This document shows, piece after piece, positions 37,827 through 47,134 of a stretch of 64,000 nucleotides of DNA. The DNA lies in the NCBI GenBank assembly GCA_021414235.1, contig JAIOOV010000004.1:473591-537590 (forward strand), read 5' to 3'. The notes below the pieces were generated by a model. That model ran no database searches. It worked only from the letters and a program-made list of their open reading frames with translations, and was not told the origin of the DNA. The stretch comes from Candidatus Parcubacteria bacterium. GTDB taxonomy: Bacteria; Patescibacteriota; Minisyncoccia; Phycocordibacterales; JAKFXT01. A program made the position numbers and the translations under genes. Numbering within the stretch: the first letter of the stretch is position 1; every line of letters begins with the position of its first letter.

Positions 37827-38831
37827 ATGGAAATACCGCTTAAGGATCGCGCGCTGTACTTCGGAGCAAATGTGCTCCTGGTCTGGCTCGCTGTTCTCAT
37901 CTACTTCTTAAACGCCTACTACCAGTCCTTCCTCCTCCCCGGTACCAAGCTCATCGTAGTGGGCGCCGCCCTCCTCTACACCGCCTACTTCCCGATCTAT
38001 CTCTTCCTCCACCGCGCTACCCGCCCGAGCAAGGGCTACCTCATCCTGCGCGGCCTCTGGCGCCTCTTGCCGTGGAGCACCGTAGCTCCTGGAGAGACCC
38101 GCTCTCTCACCAAAGAAGAGAAGACTTCTCTCCTCTTCTTCGTAGTGAAGTTCTACTTCCTCCCTTTGATGATCAATTTCGCTGCGGGCAACTTCCAAGG
38201 AGCAGTCGTCACTCTCTCGCAGTTTGACCCGAGCCGCCTCTTAGAGGCGGCCTACTTCATCACCGCCACCTATCCTCTCCTCATCCTGCTCATCTTCTTC
38301 GTCGATACCTTCTACTTCGCCTTCGGCTACCTCTTCGAGTCAGAGAAGCTTAACAACACCGTGCGCTCGGTAGAGCCTACGGTGCTCGGCTGGATCGCCG
38401 CCCTCCTCTGCTATCCCCCCTTCAATGGCGCCATCATGGAGCGCTTCTTCCCCTGGTACCCGAACCTCTACAGTTCCTTCGGCTCCCCTGAAGCGACCTT
38501 GGTCGCTTACGTATTCATACTTCTCGCGCTCTTCGTATACCTCTGGGGCACGCTAGCGCTCGGCACCAAGTGTTCCAACCTCACCAACCGCGGCATCGTG
38601 AGCCATGGCCCCTATGCGTGGATAAGACACCCGCACTATGCCTCCAAGAACCTCGCCTGGTGGATAGCGCTGCTGCCAGTGATGTCCTTCCCCGCTCTCC
38701 TCTCCATGCTCGCCTGGAGCAGCGTGTACTTCGTCCGCGCCCTCACCGAAGAGAGACATCTCCTTGCCGATCCGGAGTATCAGGAATATGTGAAGAAGGT
38801 GAAGTATCGGTTTATTCCGGGGGTTTATTAA
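37827..38831 (+). CDS. Polytopic membrane methyltransferase of the ICMT/PEMT family
   Basis: C-terminal GIVSHGPYAWIRHPHYASKNLAWWIA...EERHLLADPEYQEY (RHPxY...EE signature). Multiple TM helices. Confidence 0.65.
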   Translation: MEIPLKDRALYFGANVLLVWLAVLIYFLNAYYQSFLLPGTKLIVVGAALLYTAYFPIYLFLHRATRPSKGYLILRGLWRLLPWSTVAPGETRSLTKEEKTSLLFFVVKFYFLPLMINFAAGNFQGAVVTLSQFDPSRLLEAAYFITATYPLLILLIFFVDTFYFAFGYLFESEKLNNTVRSVEPTVLGWIAALLCYPPFNGAIMERFFPWYPNLYSSFGSPEATLVAYVFILLALFVYLWGTLALGTKCSNLTNRGIVSHGPYAWIRHPHYASKNLAWWIALLPVMSFPALLSMLAWSSVYFVRALTEERHLLADPEYQEYVKKVKYRFIPGVY

Positions 38832-39011
38832 TTCTCTAGCGAGTACCGTAACCCAAAGTTCGACGAATATAAGAATTCCCTGCCCCCAACTCACGAGCTA
38901 GTTCCTTGTCTTCCTCAAAAATAAAAGAACGTGTAGGGCGGTGGTAATGCTCAGATACGGAGAATGGCTCGTCGTTGTTAATATTTGCTTTCTTAGTTTT
39001 CTCTTTCATTT

Positions 39012-39914
39012 TTATCTGGTTCTTGTTACTGCTTTCTTGGCAACCCTGGAAGCTATCGGAGCTTTTGGAGGAGACGTCGAAGGGGCCGGACAGACAGTAT
39101 CTATGACGTGCCGAGGCGATTGTTCTTTCAGCCGCACAGAAACAAGTTTTTGATAAATCTTCATCACATCTTTCTGATCTGACTTTACATTAAATCCGAT
39201 CTGCTCTGCTTCAGTCGCAAAAATGGGCATGCCATGAGTATAGCCATTATACGTTAATCGGTAGGCTATTCCAGAAGCTTTTTCTGGTTTATACCCAGCC
39301 TTCATTAAGAGCCGTCTGGCACATGATGCTGCTGTAAATAAGACCGTGGTCATTTCATCATGAACCACTGGATCCATTTTTCCAGCCATCTGCTGCCAAG
39401 GGGTTGGTATCTCTTGCGGGCTCATCTCACCGTACTCATCTTTAAGATATTCAGACGCTCTTACAAAAGCGTACGCCGATACACGAGTATCCTTGTATCG
39501 AACTTGAGGATCTATAGAGGTAAGGTTTCCTAAATCACCGATATAGAGATCATCAGCGCCACAACAAAGAATAGTGCCTCCACTAGCGGCTTCATAAGGA
39601 ATAAAAGCCTTTATGTGAGCAAATTTTGAACGAAGAAAACTAGCAATCTTATATGACGTGTGCATCTCTCCCCCTGGGGTATGGATCACGAAATGCAATG
39701 CAGTAGCTCCATTTTTTAATGCCTGCTCTACATGTTCTTCCAAACTATAAATTTCATCCTCTTCAATTGATGCGCTAGCAAAAGTAACCGGTGAAGTACG
39801 CACCCCATGCGGAGCAACGAAACTAATGATCGCTACTTTTTGTTTGTCTGCAATAGACTGCAATTCTGCTCTCAATACGTCATCTAACTTAGAGGGGCCG
39901 TTGGGCTTTGCCAT
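39012..39914 (-). CDS. ClpP/crotonase-fold serine protease (SDH/S49-like), low-GC gene
   Basis: LHFVIHTPGGEMHTSYKIASFL...AASGGTILCCGADDLYIG resembles SDH-family or SppA-like proteases. Local GC is about 45% against about 60% in the flanks. Immediately 3' of tRNA-Thr. Confidence 0.5.
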   Translation of the reverse strand: MAKPNGPSKLDDVLRAELQSIADKQKVAIISFVAPHGVRTSPVTFASASIEEDEIYSLEEHVEQALKNGATALHFVIHTPGGEMHTSYKIASFLRSKFAHIKAFIPYEAASGGTILCCGADDLYIGDLGNLTSIDPQVRYKDTRVSAYAFVRASEYLKDEYGEMSPQEIPTPWQQMAGKMDPVVHDEMTTVLFTAASCARRLLMKAGYKPEKASGIAYRLTYNGYTHGMPIFATEAEQIGFNVKSDQKDVMKIYQKLVSVRLKEQSPRHVIDTVCPAPSTSPPKAPIASRVAKKAVTRTR

Positions 39915-39972
39915 GTACTTTAAATACTATCACGGCTGTGTTGACCAGAATAGCGTCATAAAACTGATCCGG

Positions 39973-40045
39973 AGCCGCCTCCCAGAGTCGAACTGGGGAC
40001 CTACTCATTACAAGTGAGTTGCTCTACCAACTGAGCTAAGGCGGC
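39973..40045 (-). tRNA. tRNA-Thr (anticodon UGU)
   Basis: Manually folded 73-nt cloverleaf: acceptor GCCGCCT/AGGCGGC, D-arm GCTC/GAGC, anticodon stem ACTCA/TGAGT with loop CTTGTAA, T-arm CCCAG-TTCGACT-CTGGG. CCA not encoded. Confidence 0.85.
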
Positions 40046-40063
40046 GATGCTAGCAGACTACCA

Positions 40064-40471
40064 TTAGACCCGAGGCTCGTCAGCTTCCACTGGAAGCTTG
40101 TAGGCCTCGTCCTTCTTGTGGGATTCGAGGGAACTGAGGAAGACCGAATTACGCTCTGGGAGCTGATCGGTGAAGCGATGATAGCGACCGCGGATGAGCG
40201 TGAAGAATTCCGAGTCACGGAACTTCTTCAAGAGGAAGACGATACCGTGATGGATATGCTCCAGAACGAAGAGAAGTAGCAGCCTAGCGGTGTGACGGTT
40301 GAAATAGACCGTGTAGGAGGAAACGTGCAGGAAGCGCTTGCGCAGGAGTATATCCAAGCGATAACGGAGGGCGGAGAAGGGCTTGTGTCCACGGTGCAGT
40401 TCCCAATCCTTAAGCACGAGCATCACCACCATGGCGCCGAGAGATGCAAAGAAGAGGTACGTGGTACCCAT
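40064..40471 (-). CDS. Hypothetical small membrane protein
   Basis: 135-aa ORF with one N-terminal TM. Positioned between tsf and the tRNA. Confidence 0.35.
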   Translation of the reverse strand: MGTTYLFFASLGAMVVMLVLKDWELHRGHKPFSALRYRLDILLRKRFLHVSSYTVYFNRHTARLLLLFVLEHIHHGIVFLLKKFRDSEFFTLIRGRYHRFTDQLPERNSVFLSSLESHKKDEAYKLPVEADEPRV

Positions 40472-40477
40472 ATTTGA

Positions 40478-41059
40478 TTAGAGCGAGAAACGGGAGAAGC
40501 GCGTGATCTCGATGCGCTCGCCGAACTTCTGAACCGCCTGAGAGAGGAGCTCGCGGACGGTACGCTCGGAATCCTTGATGAACGGCTGCTCGAGGAGCGC
40601 CTGCTCGCGGAAATAGGAGGCAAGTTTGCCTTCGATGATCTTCTCCTGCATCTCTGCCGGCTTGTCCTTGGCCTCTTCAGCGAAGACCTCGCGCGCCTTG
40701 GCACGCTCATCAGCATCGATGTCTTCAAATGTTAGGAACTTCGGGTTGGCAGCAGCCACGTGCATAGCAATATCGTAGGCGAGCTTGCGGAACTCCTCGT
40801 TCTTGGAGACGAAGTCGGTCTCGGAGGAGAGAGTCACCATAGCGCCTACCGTGCCGGTAGCGTGCACGTAGGCAGCCACAGCGCCGGAAGCGAGAGTGCG
40901 GTCCCCTTTCTTAGCAGCGAGTTCGCCGCTCTTCTTGCGGAGGATGACACGTGCCTTCTCCACATCTCCTCCTGCCTCTTCAAGTGCCTTCTTGCACTGC
41001 ATCACCGAGATACCGGTCTCATCGCGCAATGCCTTGATCTGCTCAGTGGTTATTTCCAT
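40478..41059 (-). CDS. tsf: Elongation factor Ts (short form)
   Basis: MEITTEQIKALRDETGISVMQCKKALEEAGGDVEKA N-terminal UBA-like motif. 193 aa. Confidence 0.9.
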   Translation of the reverse strand: MEITTEQIKALRDETGISVMQCKKALEEAGGDVEKARVILRKKSGELAAKKGDRTLASGAVAAYVHATGTVGAMVTLSSETDFVSKNEEFRKLAYDIAMHVAAANPKFLTFEDIDADERAKAREVFAEEAKDKPAEMQEKIIEGKLASYFREQALLEQPFIKDSERTVRELLSQAVQKFGERIEITRFSRFSL

Positions 41060-41101
41060 AGTGAAAGAGAAAACGATACACGGCCCCAGAAGGGCCTGTT
41101 A

Positions 41102-41845
41102 TTAAACCGTCGCGGTTGCGGAAACAGGAGAAGCAGTCGGAGCGGGAGCGCGGCCCTCGCGGTAGGCGGAGGCGATCTCCTCCACGAAATGCGCAACTGA
41201 AGCACGGGAAGAGTCGTTGGCAGGGATGGCGTAGTCCACCTGGGAGAGGTCGCAGTCAGAGTTAGCAAGCGCTACCACCGGGATGTGGAGCCTCTTAGCT
41301 TCCAGGACCGCGATGTGCTCGCGGCGAGGATCTACCACGAAGACAGCAGCCGGGAGGGACTTCATGGACACGATGCCAGCGAAGTTGCTCTGGAGCTTCG
41401 CAATCTCGCGATCGATGAGGAGACGCTCCTTCTTAGTGTAGCGATTGAGTTCGCCAGTCTCGCGCTCAGAGAGGAGACGCTCCATCTTGTCCACGCGGCG
41501 GCGGATCTCAGAGAAGTTGGTGAGGGTACCACCCACGAAGCGGCCAGCAGCAAACGGGAGACCAGAAGCTTCGGCAGCAGATTTAACTACTTCCTTGGCT
41601 TCGCTCTTGCCGCCAACAAAGAGAACCTGCTTGCCCTGAGCGGCCACAGCAGAGACGAAGGCCTTGGCGGCTGCGAGCGCCTTCTCAGTCTCCTCGAGGT
41701 CGAAGAGCTCTACATGATTCTTGGCACCGAAGATGAACGGCTTGGCCGTAGGATGCCTGCGGGCCTTGGCGTAGCCGAAGTGTGCGCCGACCTTGAAAAG
41801 GGCTTCAATGACGGGGCTTTTGGCGGTCGTGTCTGTGGATTGCAT
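41102..41845 (-). CDS. rpsB: 30S ribosomal protein S2
   Basis: 247 aa. Classic rpsB-tsf gene pair. Confidence 0.9.
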   Translation of the reverse strand: MQSTDTTAKSPVIEALFKVGAHFGYAKARRHPTAKPFIFGAKNHVELFDLEETEKALAAAKAFVSAVAAQGKQVLFVGGKSEAKEVVKSAAEASGLPFAAGRFVGGTLTNFSEIRRRVDKMERLLSERETGELNRYTKKERLLIDREIAKLQSNFAGIVSMKSLPAAVFVVDPRREHIAVLEAKRLHIPVVALANSDCDLSQVDYAIPANDSSRASVAHFVEEIASAYREGRAPAPTASPVSATATV

Positions 41846-41890
41846 GTCGGACTAGCCTACCAAATATGGCGGATTGTTGCAACGGCCGTC

Positions 41891-44020
41891 TTAACGCTCC
41901 TCGAAGCGGGGGCTCACCCGGCAGGTAAAGGAGGCGGTATTGGAGACCTTGGCATCCCCGACCCGGCAGACGAAGCGGTAGAGAGACTGGACGGAGACCG
42001 GTGGAGTAAGGACCTGACCAAAAGCGCCGTTGGCGCGCACAGAGAGGTCGGGTCCTGAGATGACACAACGGAGGAACTGAGACTGCTCCGGCGGCACCGA
42101 GCTCACCCGCCAAGGGATGGTGCACTGAGAACCCTTCTGGACGAGCTCTCGCTCCGGCATGAGAGCAGTCACCGCGAGCGCACAGGCCTGCTCGCCAGGA
42201 GGCGGAGGAGCATCAGAGGATTCGTCGGGACAATAGTAGAGAGAGCGGGTTACGCCGCAGGAATTAGGGGCAGACTTGGCTTCAGCAGCTGGCTGCATCT
42301 CGTGGCGAGTGCACTCACCGTCCTTGTCAGTCGCAGTGCAGACATTGCACATCTTGGTCGCGCCGCAGGTAGGACACGGGATCTCCTGACAGGAAGGGAA
42401 TCTCCCCGTCTCTCCTACCCCACAGCTTGTGCGCGGCTGACAGGAGCCGGTCAGTCCGAAATTGATCGCAGTAGGATCCGTACAGAGAGAGCGTCCGCTC
42501 GAATACTGGCAGGCGCCGAGCGCACCGCCATTGAGCGCCAACGGATCGTTGCAGCGGACTGCGCCATAGCGACACTCTCCCGTTTCTCCATAATTGAGAG
42601 CGGTCTGGTCCGCGCAGAGACGCGCGACCGGCTGGTCGGTGCACTGCCCGTTCTCCGGATTCCAATTCGGCTGATTGCTCGGACAAGTGAGACCGATGAT
42701 CACGTCTTTCGTCGCGGGGCACTGAACACCGCTCGGCAGAGTCATGGAAGCGGTAGCCCGGAAATGGTACTGCTGCTTAGGCTGGCTTGCCGCCAGGACA
42801 CCCTCAAGAGAGCGACCATCATTCACCACCGCAAGAGAGGAGGGGAAGGACGTATCACCAGAGGAAGGAGTGAGCGAGTAGCTCTGCGCCGGACGCGAAG
42901 TCTGGATGGTATAGCCTCCGAAGCTTCCCCCTATGATTCCCGCAACACTGCCAGAGCTGGTGATGGTGGGCGTAGAGGTGGCGCACACAGAGGCGGGAGC
43001 TATGGTGATAGCCACGTTCTTTGAAGCTGAAAGAGGGGTACAGCCAGGCGCGCTATTCTCCGCTTGAATGGTACAGGAATATGAACCAGCCGATGTGGGT
43101 ACTCCCCCGATCGACAGAGGACTCGTCCAGCTCGTACCGGAAGGTATGGGCAGACAGCTCATACCGAGCGTCGTGTAGTTGCTGGCAGTTGCTTGATATG
43201 AGAAATTCTCGCCCACCACGCCCGCTGCTGTGCCAGAGGAAGTGATCTCCGGAGCTACAGTCGAACACGTTGCCGGAGTTACTTCTATCTCAAGCACATC
43301 CGCACGTGAACAGCTCGGAGAATTCCTCATGTAGTATCTGTCCTCGCCGCTCCCCGCCACCGTACTGCTCTGGTTATCCCCGGCTCCACCTTCATAGACC
43401 CACTCCTCAAGGTCATTACGAGAAGTGAGGGCTACGGAGTATGTCCCTGGAACAGCAGGCACTCCGGAGATGATGAGACCAGTGGAGTCTGGCACCTGGG
43501 TTACGCCCGCACGCGCCTGCACCCGAGCACTCAAGACGTTCGCGGAAAGGCCGGAACCCGTGAGGCCCGCTGGATCAAGCGAAGTGATACCTGCCCCGAA
43601 CCAGCCTGACTCAAATTCCCCCTTCTCCCGGAGCTGCGGATGCTCCCAAGGAGCAAGATCACGAGAAGGATTGGGATTCACCTGAGCGACCATCACTTCG
43701 TATGAAAAAGATTGACCGGCCTGCGTGGTGACACGGAGGGGACTCGAGAAGCGCGGCGTATTGTATTCAGTGCAATACTGAGGGCTGTAACACTGGCTGC
43801 CGGAAGCACTGCAGTCATCTATATTATTCATTTCCGCTCCGCACTGGCCTCCCGTACAGTCACTGTTACCAGCAGGACTTCCTGAGCTCGTTTCGCTGCC
43901 GCCAGCATCCTCAGCAGCAAGAACTGCAGGAATCTGTCCGATCACAGACAAGTGAATTCCCATGCCCCCGAAGAGAGCAAGCGCGAATGCGGTAGCGAGG
44001 ATAAAAGGAATTTTTTTCAT
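41891..44020 (-). CDS. Large secreted Cys-rich protein with repeated Ig-like segments and a C-terminal domain shared with the YYQ-repeat proteins
   Basis: Signal peptide MKKIPFILATAFALALFGG (internal start at 44020; track ORF runs to 44206). About 60 Cys. C-terminus FTCRVSPRFEER matches the ...CRVNPAFEEI and ...CQVNPTFEEI termini of the 49938 and 50858 products. Confidence 0.6.
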   Translation of the reverse strand: MKKIPFILATAFALALFGGMGIHLSVIGQIPAVLAAEDAGGSETSSGSPAGNSDCTGGQCGAEMNNIDDCSASGSQCYSPQYCTEYNTPRFSSPLRVTTQAGQSFSYEVMVAQVNPNPSRDLAPWEHPQLREKGEFESGWFGAGITSLDPAGLTGSGLSANVLSARVQARAGVTQVPDSTGLIISGVPAVPGTYSVALTSRNDLEEWVYEGGAGDNQSSTVAGSGEDRYYMRNSPSCSRADVLEIEVTPATCSTVAPEITSSGTAAGVVGENFSYQATASNYTTLGMSCLPIPSGTSWTSPLSIGGVPTSAGSYSCTIQAENSAPGCTPLSASKNVAITIAPASVCATSTPTITSSGSVAGIIGGSFGGYTIQTSRPAQSYSLTPSSGDTSFPSSLAVVNDGRSLEGVLAASQPKQQYHFRATASMTLPSGVQCPATKDVIIGLTCPSNQPNWNPENGQCTDQPVARLCADQTALNYGETGECRYGAVRCNDPLALNGGALGACQYSSGRSLCTDPTAINFGLTGSCQPRTSCGVGETGRFPSCQEIPCPTCGATKMCNVCTATDKDGECTRHEMQPAAEAKSAPNSCGVTRSLYYCPDESSDAPPPPGEQACALAVTALMPERELVQKGSQCTIPWRVSSVPPEQSQFLRCVISGPDLSVRANGAFGQVLTPPVSVQSLYRFVCRVGDAKVSNTASFTCRVSPRFEER

Positions 44021-44021
44021 A

Positions 44022-44936
44022 TTAGTTCCAAGAAGAGAGGTAGAGCGTGCCACCTTCGTATGGAGAGAGGTCGAGGATACTCCTACGCTCTCCCGTGTCG
44101 AGCCGCTCGATGACGATCTCGAACTGCGACGCCTCCCCCTTACGTACTCGGAGAGCTGCGTACGCGTTGTCTGGCGAGAACGCCGCATCATACGCTCGCG
44201 CCTCAAGAGTATCGTTGAGAAGAAGCTCCTTCGGATTCACCGGGTTCACCTTGAGCAGCATTACTCGCTCGAGGCCGGGAATGAGCCAGGCAACCAAAGA
44301 GTGATCCTGGCTTGCGGCGAGCTTCATGCCAGCCCCGCTCGCTCCCCAAACCTTGGTCTTGGCGAGAGTCCCTAGGTCGTAGCGCACCAGGCCTTCTGGA
44401 GCGAGCGCAAAGAGCGATTTCCCATCAAGGGACCAGACGGGATAGCTTCCCGCGCCGATGCGGCGTGGAGTCCCTGGGAGATCTATTGCATAGATATCCG
44501 AGCCGCCTCTCGCTTCCTGAGAGTACGCAAGCCCCGTACCCACCGGAGACCAGTCTGGGGAATGCCTAAAGGCTTCTCCACGAGTGATCGGACGACGTTC
44601 CTCCGTAGCGGGATCATAAATGACCACCTGGCTCGCCAGGGCTCCGGGACCGTAGGCGATATGCGCGAGACGATTGCCATCAGGAGCCACTGCCGCATCG
44701 AAATTGGAATTACTATCGCGACCGATACGACGGAGCTCTTTGGTCGCAAGCTCATACTCATACAAATTCACCTCCGTACTCCCTTTATCCGCAAGCGAAA
44801 GGAGAAGTGTGCCCTGAGGATCGAACTTAGCCAAGGACGCAGAGCGCTGATAGAAATACACGCCGAGAGCGGCAGCGAGAAGGAGTATGGAGAGGACTCC
44901 AGCGACGAGGCGAGTACGCGAGGACATTGCGTCCAT
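44022..44936 (-). CDS. TolB-like beta-propeller (PD40 repeat) protein with N-terminal anchor
   Basis: Repeated HSPDWSP..G..LAY and AFSPDNAYAAL motifs. Confidence 0.55.
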   Translation of the reverse strand: MDAMSSRTRLVAGVLSILLLAAALGVYFYQRSASLAKFDPQGTLLLSLADKGSTEVNLYEYELATKELRRIGRDSNSNFDAAVAPDGNRLAHIAYGPGALASQVVIYDPATEERRPITRGEAFRHSPDWSPVGTGLAYSQEARGGSDIYAIDLPGTPRRIGAGSYPVWSLDGKSLFALAPEGLVRYDLGTLAKTKVWGASGAGMKLAASQDHSLVAWLIPGLERVMLLKVNPVNPKELLLNDTLEARAYDAAFSPDNAYAALRVRKGEASQFEIVIERLDTGERRSILDLSPYEGGTLYLSSWN

Positions 44937-44994
44937 TATACGGCATAACCCCGCCTTATGGCGGGGTTATGCACAGCACGATCAGAAATCCGAT

Positions 44995-45426
44995 TTACTG
45001 CTGCACCTCGATTGATCCGCGGAAGCGGGCGTGGAGATGATCATGCATATTCCACTTACCTATCCTCTCGAACTGGAAGGAATAGGTTTCTCCAGGACCT
45101 ACCGGCTTGTCAGAATCGAATTCGGAATAGATTTCGTGCGTCGGATGAAGGTCAGAAGCTGGCCAGTGGAAATCCTTGCCGACATTCACGAACTCTATAA
45201 TCTGGCCCTTCTTGATGACGAGAGTAGAGGGCTCGAAGCCATCGTCAGTCATGTTCACCGTGATCCTAGGGAGAGCAGGCGTAGAAGAAGCGGTATCTGG
45301 CGTAGTAGTAGCTATATTTTCTGTAGGGGTCTCCACGACCACCTCAGGTGCCGTGCGGTTGGTCCAGTAATACCAGCCGCCGCCGAAGACTACGATGACT
45401 ACGGCAAGAAGTATGAGTTTATTCAT
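44995..45426 (-). CDS. Secreted cupredoxin-like, His-rich protein (no Cys)
   Basis: 143 aa. EFVNVGKDFHWPASDLHPTHEIY...WNMHDHLHARF. Overlaps the next gene by 4 nt. Confidence 0.4.
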   Translation of the reverse strand: MNKLILLAVVIVVFGGGWYYWTNRTAPEVVVETPTENIATTTPDTASSTPALPRITVNMTDDGFEPSTLVIKKGQIIEFVNVGKDFHWPASDLHPTHEIYSEFDSDKPVGPGETYSFQFERIGKWNMHDHLHARFRGSIEVQQ

Positions 45427-45920
45427 CGTGAACGCAGGGAAAAGTAAGTAATAGCGCCGCCCGCGAAGAACGCGGCGAGTACCGATAATAGCATACCGAG
45501 AGGAACGGATGATTTGGACGTCTCCGCCTTTTCCGCCTCAAAAGTGAAAGTATGTTCTGCCACGGTTCTGCCCCCCTTCTCAAAACGCACATCCATCTCA
45601 TAGGCCCCCTCCTGCGGAAAACGATAAGTAAGCACCGTCTTGCCGATATCCGCCTTAGCTATGCCCGTAGCGAAATACGCGGCGGAGCCTCTACCGAGAC
45701 GCACCCAGATATGGTCGAAGGCTATTTCTTCCCCTCCGGCATCAAGAACGGAGAAATCAAAAATCGTACTCTCCCCCGAGACTGGAGCAGAAGAGTATCC
45801 GATATCCATCAGAACTCCCGAAGAGAGAGTAGCTTCAAAGGAAGCGCTTTCACCGTGTGCCGCAACGGTACACGGGATGAGCAAGATCGCAATAATGTAA
45901 AACGAGAGTGCGTATTTCAT
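45423..45920 (-). CDS. Secreted beta-rich protein whose mature N-terminus begins with His (CopC/YcnI-like candidate) and has a C-terminal TM anchor
   Basis: Signal peptide MKYALSFYIIAILLIPCTVAA/HGE, C-terminal LLSVLAAFFAGGAITYF. Internal start at 45920 chosen because it abuts the upstream stop (45925). Copper binding is inference only. Confidence 0.4.
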   Translation of the reverse strand: MKYALSFYIIAILLIPCTVAAHGESASFEATLSSGVLMDIGYSSAPVSGESTIFDFSVLDAGGEEIAFDHIWVRLGRGSAAYFATGIAKADIGKTVLTYRFPQEGAYEMDVRFEKGGRTVAEHTFTFEAEKAETSKSSVPLGMLLSVLAAFFAGGAITYFSLRSR

Positions 45921-45924
45921 GATG

Positions 45925-47133
45925 CTATGGACGAGCGCCGCAATGCTCCTGCCACTTCTCCGGAAGGAGAGAACAGAGACGATTCGACTCTGGGGAGCCG
46001 GCATGGAAGGTGAAGCTTGCAGTGCGCACCATGATGTCATAACAAGTCTCCCCTACCCCCTTCGCTTCCGCAGCAGCACAGAGGGCTACGGAGCGTTCGA
46101 TATTGCGGTAGTCGTTCTCCAGGAGGCGGGAAGCCGCATCCGCATAACAGAGCCCGCGATCCTCCGGAAGCATAGTGTCGCAGAACGCGCCGATCTTCTC
46201 GTTATCGAATTCAAGCTGCGCCACGAAGACGAACACCAAGGCATGCTTGCAGCGCTCGCGAGGGCCGGCTTCAGAGAGCTGGTTGCACCAGCGACTAATA
46301 GCGCCTGGCGCCTTCAGCTCTTCTCGCTGAAGCGGCCAGGATTCGCTCCAGCAAGACGCCTTGTCGTAACCGCTATAAGCGGAACAATACGCACGCTGGG
46401 TCCCCGTAGCCACCTCCTTACCCTTGATGAGGTCGAAGTCGTCCGGCTCGAGCGGCTGGAAGATCTGCATGAACACGCCATCGGAGCAGACCTGACTCAT
46501 ATCCTGCCCCGGCTTTATGGAAAGTTCCCTGCACAGACCGAGCGATTTCGGGATATCCGCGCGAGTGATGTACATAAGCAGATGCCCGAGCGCATGGTAG
46601 CAGCTCGCCTGTTCGAGCCCCGTAGGATTGAAGCTATCCTGCGGCTCGCACACGTTCGCGAATTCGGGTTTGTACTTTTCGATCTCGCTGTCAGAGAGAG
46701 ATTCTGTACGGAAGCGTTCTTGGAACGCGCCGTGGATGCAGCCGTTGGAGCATACGCCAGATGGACAGCGCTGGATCACCTCCGTCCACTTATCCGGATC
46801 CTTGGCGGTTTCCTTGGCGCTGATCTTGTGCCCGAGCACATGGCAGTAGGTGTAGGTCTTGTCCTTGGCTTGAACTACTGCTGCGACGCGCACCGCATCC
46901 TCCATGGAAACGCCCTTGTCCATGAGCTTGGGGATCTCGTCTTCGTAGCAGGTCGGACGATATCGTGCGCTCGCGCAAGCGGCGACGACCTCGTCAGCGT
47001 AACGCACCAGACGCATCCCCGGATCAGGAGCAAGCATGGGAGCGGCGAGTATGTAAATCTCACCAAAGAGGAAAGCCGCGAGGATAACGATAGCGGCAGC
47101 AAACTTCGTATGCTTCTTTAAAAACGAGTTCAT
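45925..47133 (-). CDS. Membrane-anchored Cys/His-rich protein, paralog A of a tandem triplicated family (C-x-H-[AG]-x-G-H motif)
   Basis: 402 aa. CYHALGHLLMYI and CHVLGHKIS motifs. 26 Cys. Confidence 0.6.
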   Translation of the reverse strand: MNSFLKKHTKFAAAIVILAAFLFGEIYILAAPMLAPDPGMRLVRYADEVVAACASARYRPTCYEDEIPKLMDKGVSMEDAVRVAAVVQAKDKTYTYCHVLGHKISAKETAKDPDKWTEVIQRCPSGVCSNGCIHGAFQERFRTESLSDSEIEKYKPEFANVCEPQDSFNPTGLEQASCYHALGHLLMYITRADIPKSLGLCRELSIKPGQDMSQVCSDGVFMQIFQPLEPDDFDLIKGKEVATGTQRAYCSAYSGYDKASCWSESWPLQREELKAPGAISRWCNQLSEAGPRERCKHALVFVFVAQLEFDNEKIGAFCDTMLPEDRGLCYADAASRLLENDYRNIERSVALCAAAEAKGVGETCYDIMVRTASFTFHAGSPESNRLCSLLPEKWQEHCGARP

Positions 47134-47134
47134 A

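Noticed and set aside
38852-38866. Inverted partial copy of the tRNA-Thr T-arm (CCAAAGTTCGAC) as an att-site remnant
   Set aside because: Only 8-11 nt, in the wrong orientation for a direct att repeat. Expected by chance in 64 kb.
41891-44206. Sortase (LPXTG-type) sorting signal at the shared FEEI C-termini
   Set aside because: No LPXTG-like motif, hydrophobic segment or basic tail. The domain ends in an acidic tripeptide.
45919-47121. 400-aa plus-strand ORF (and 48598..49230 plus)
   Set aside because: Antisense to the Cys/His-rich paralogs, which have coherent anchors and conserved motifs.
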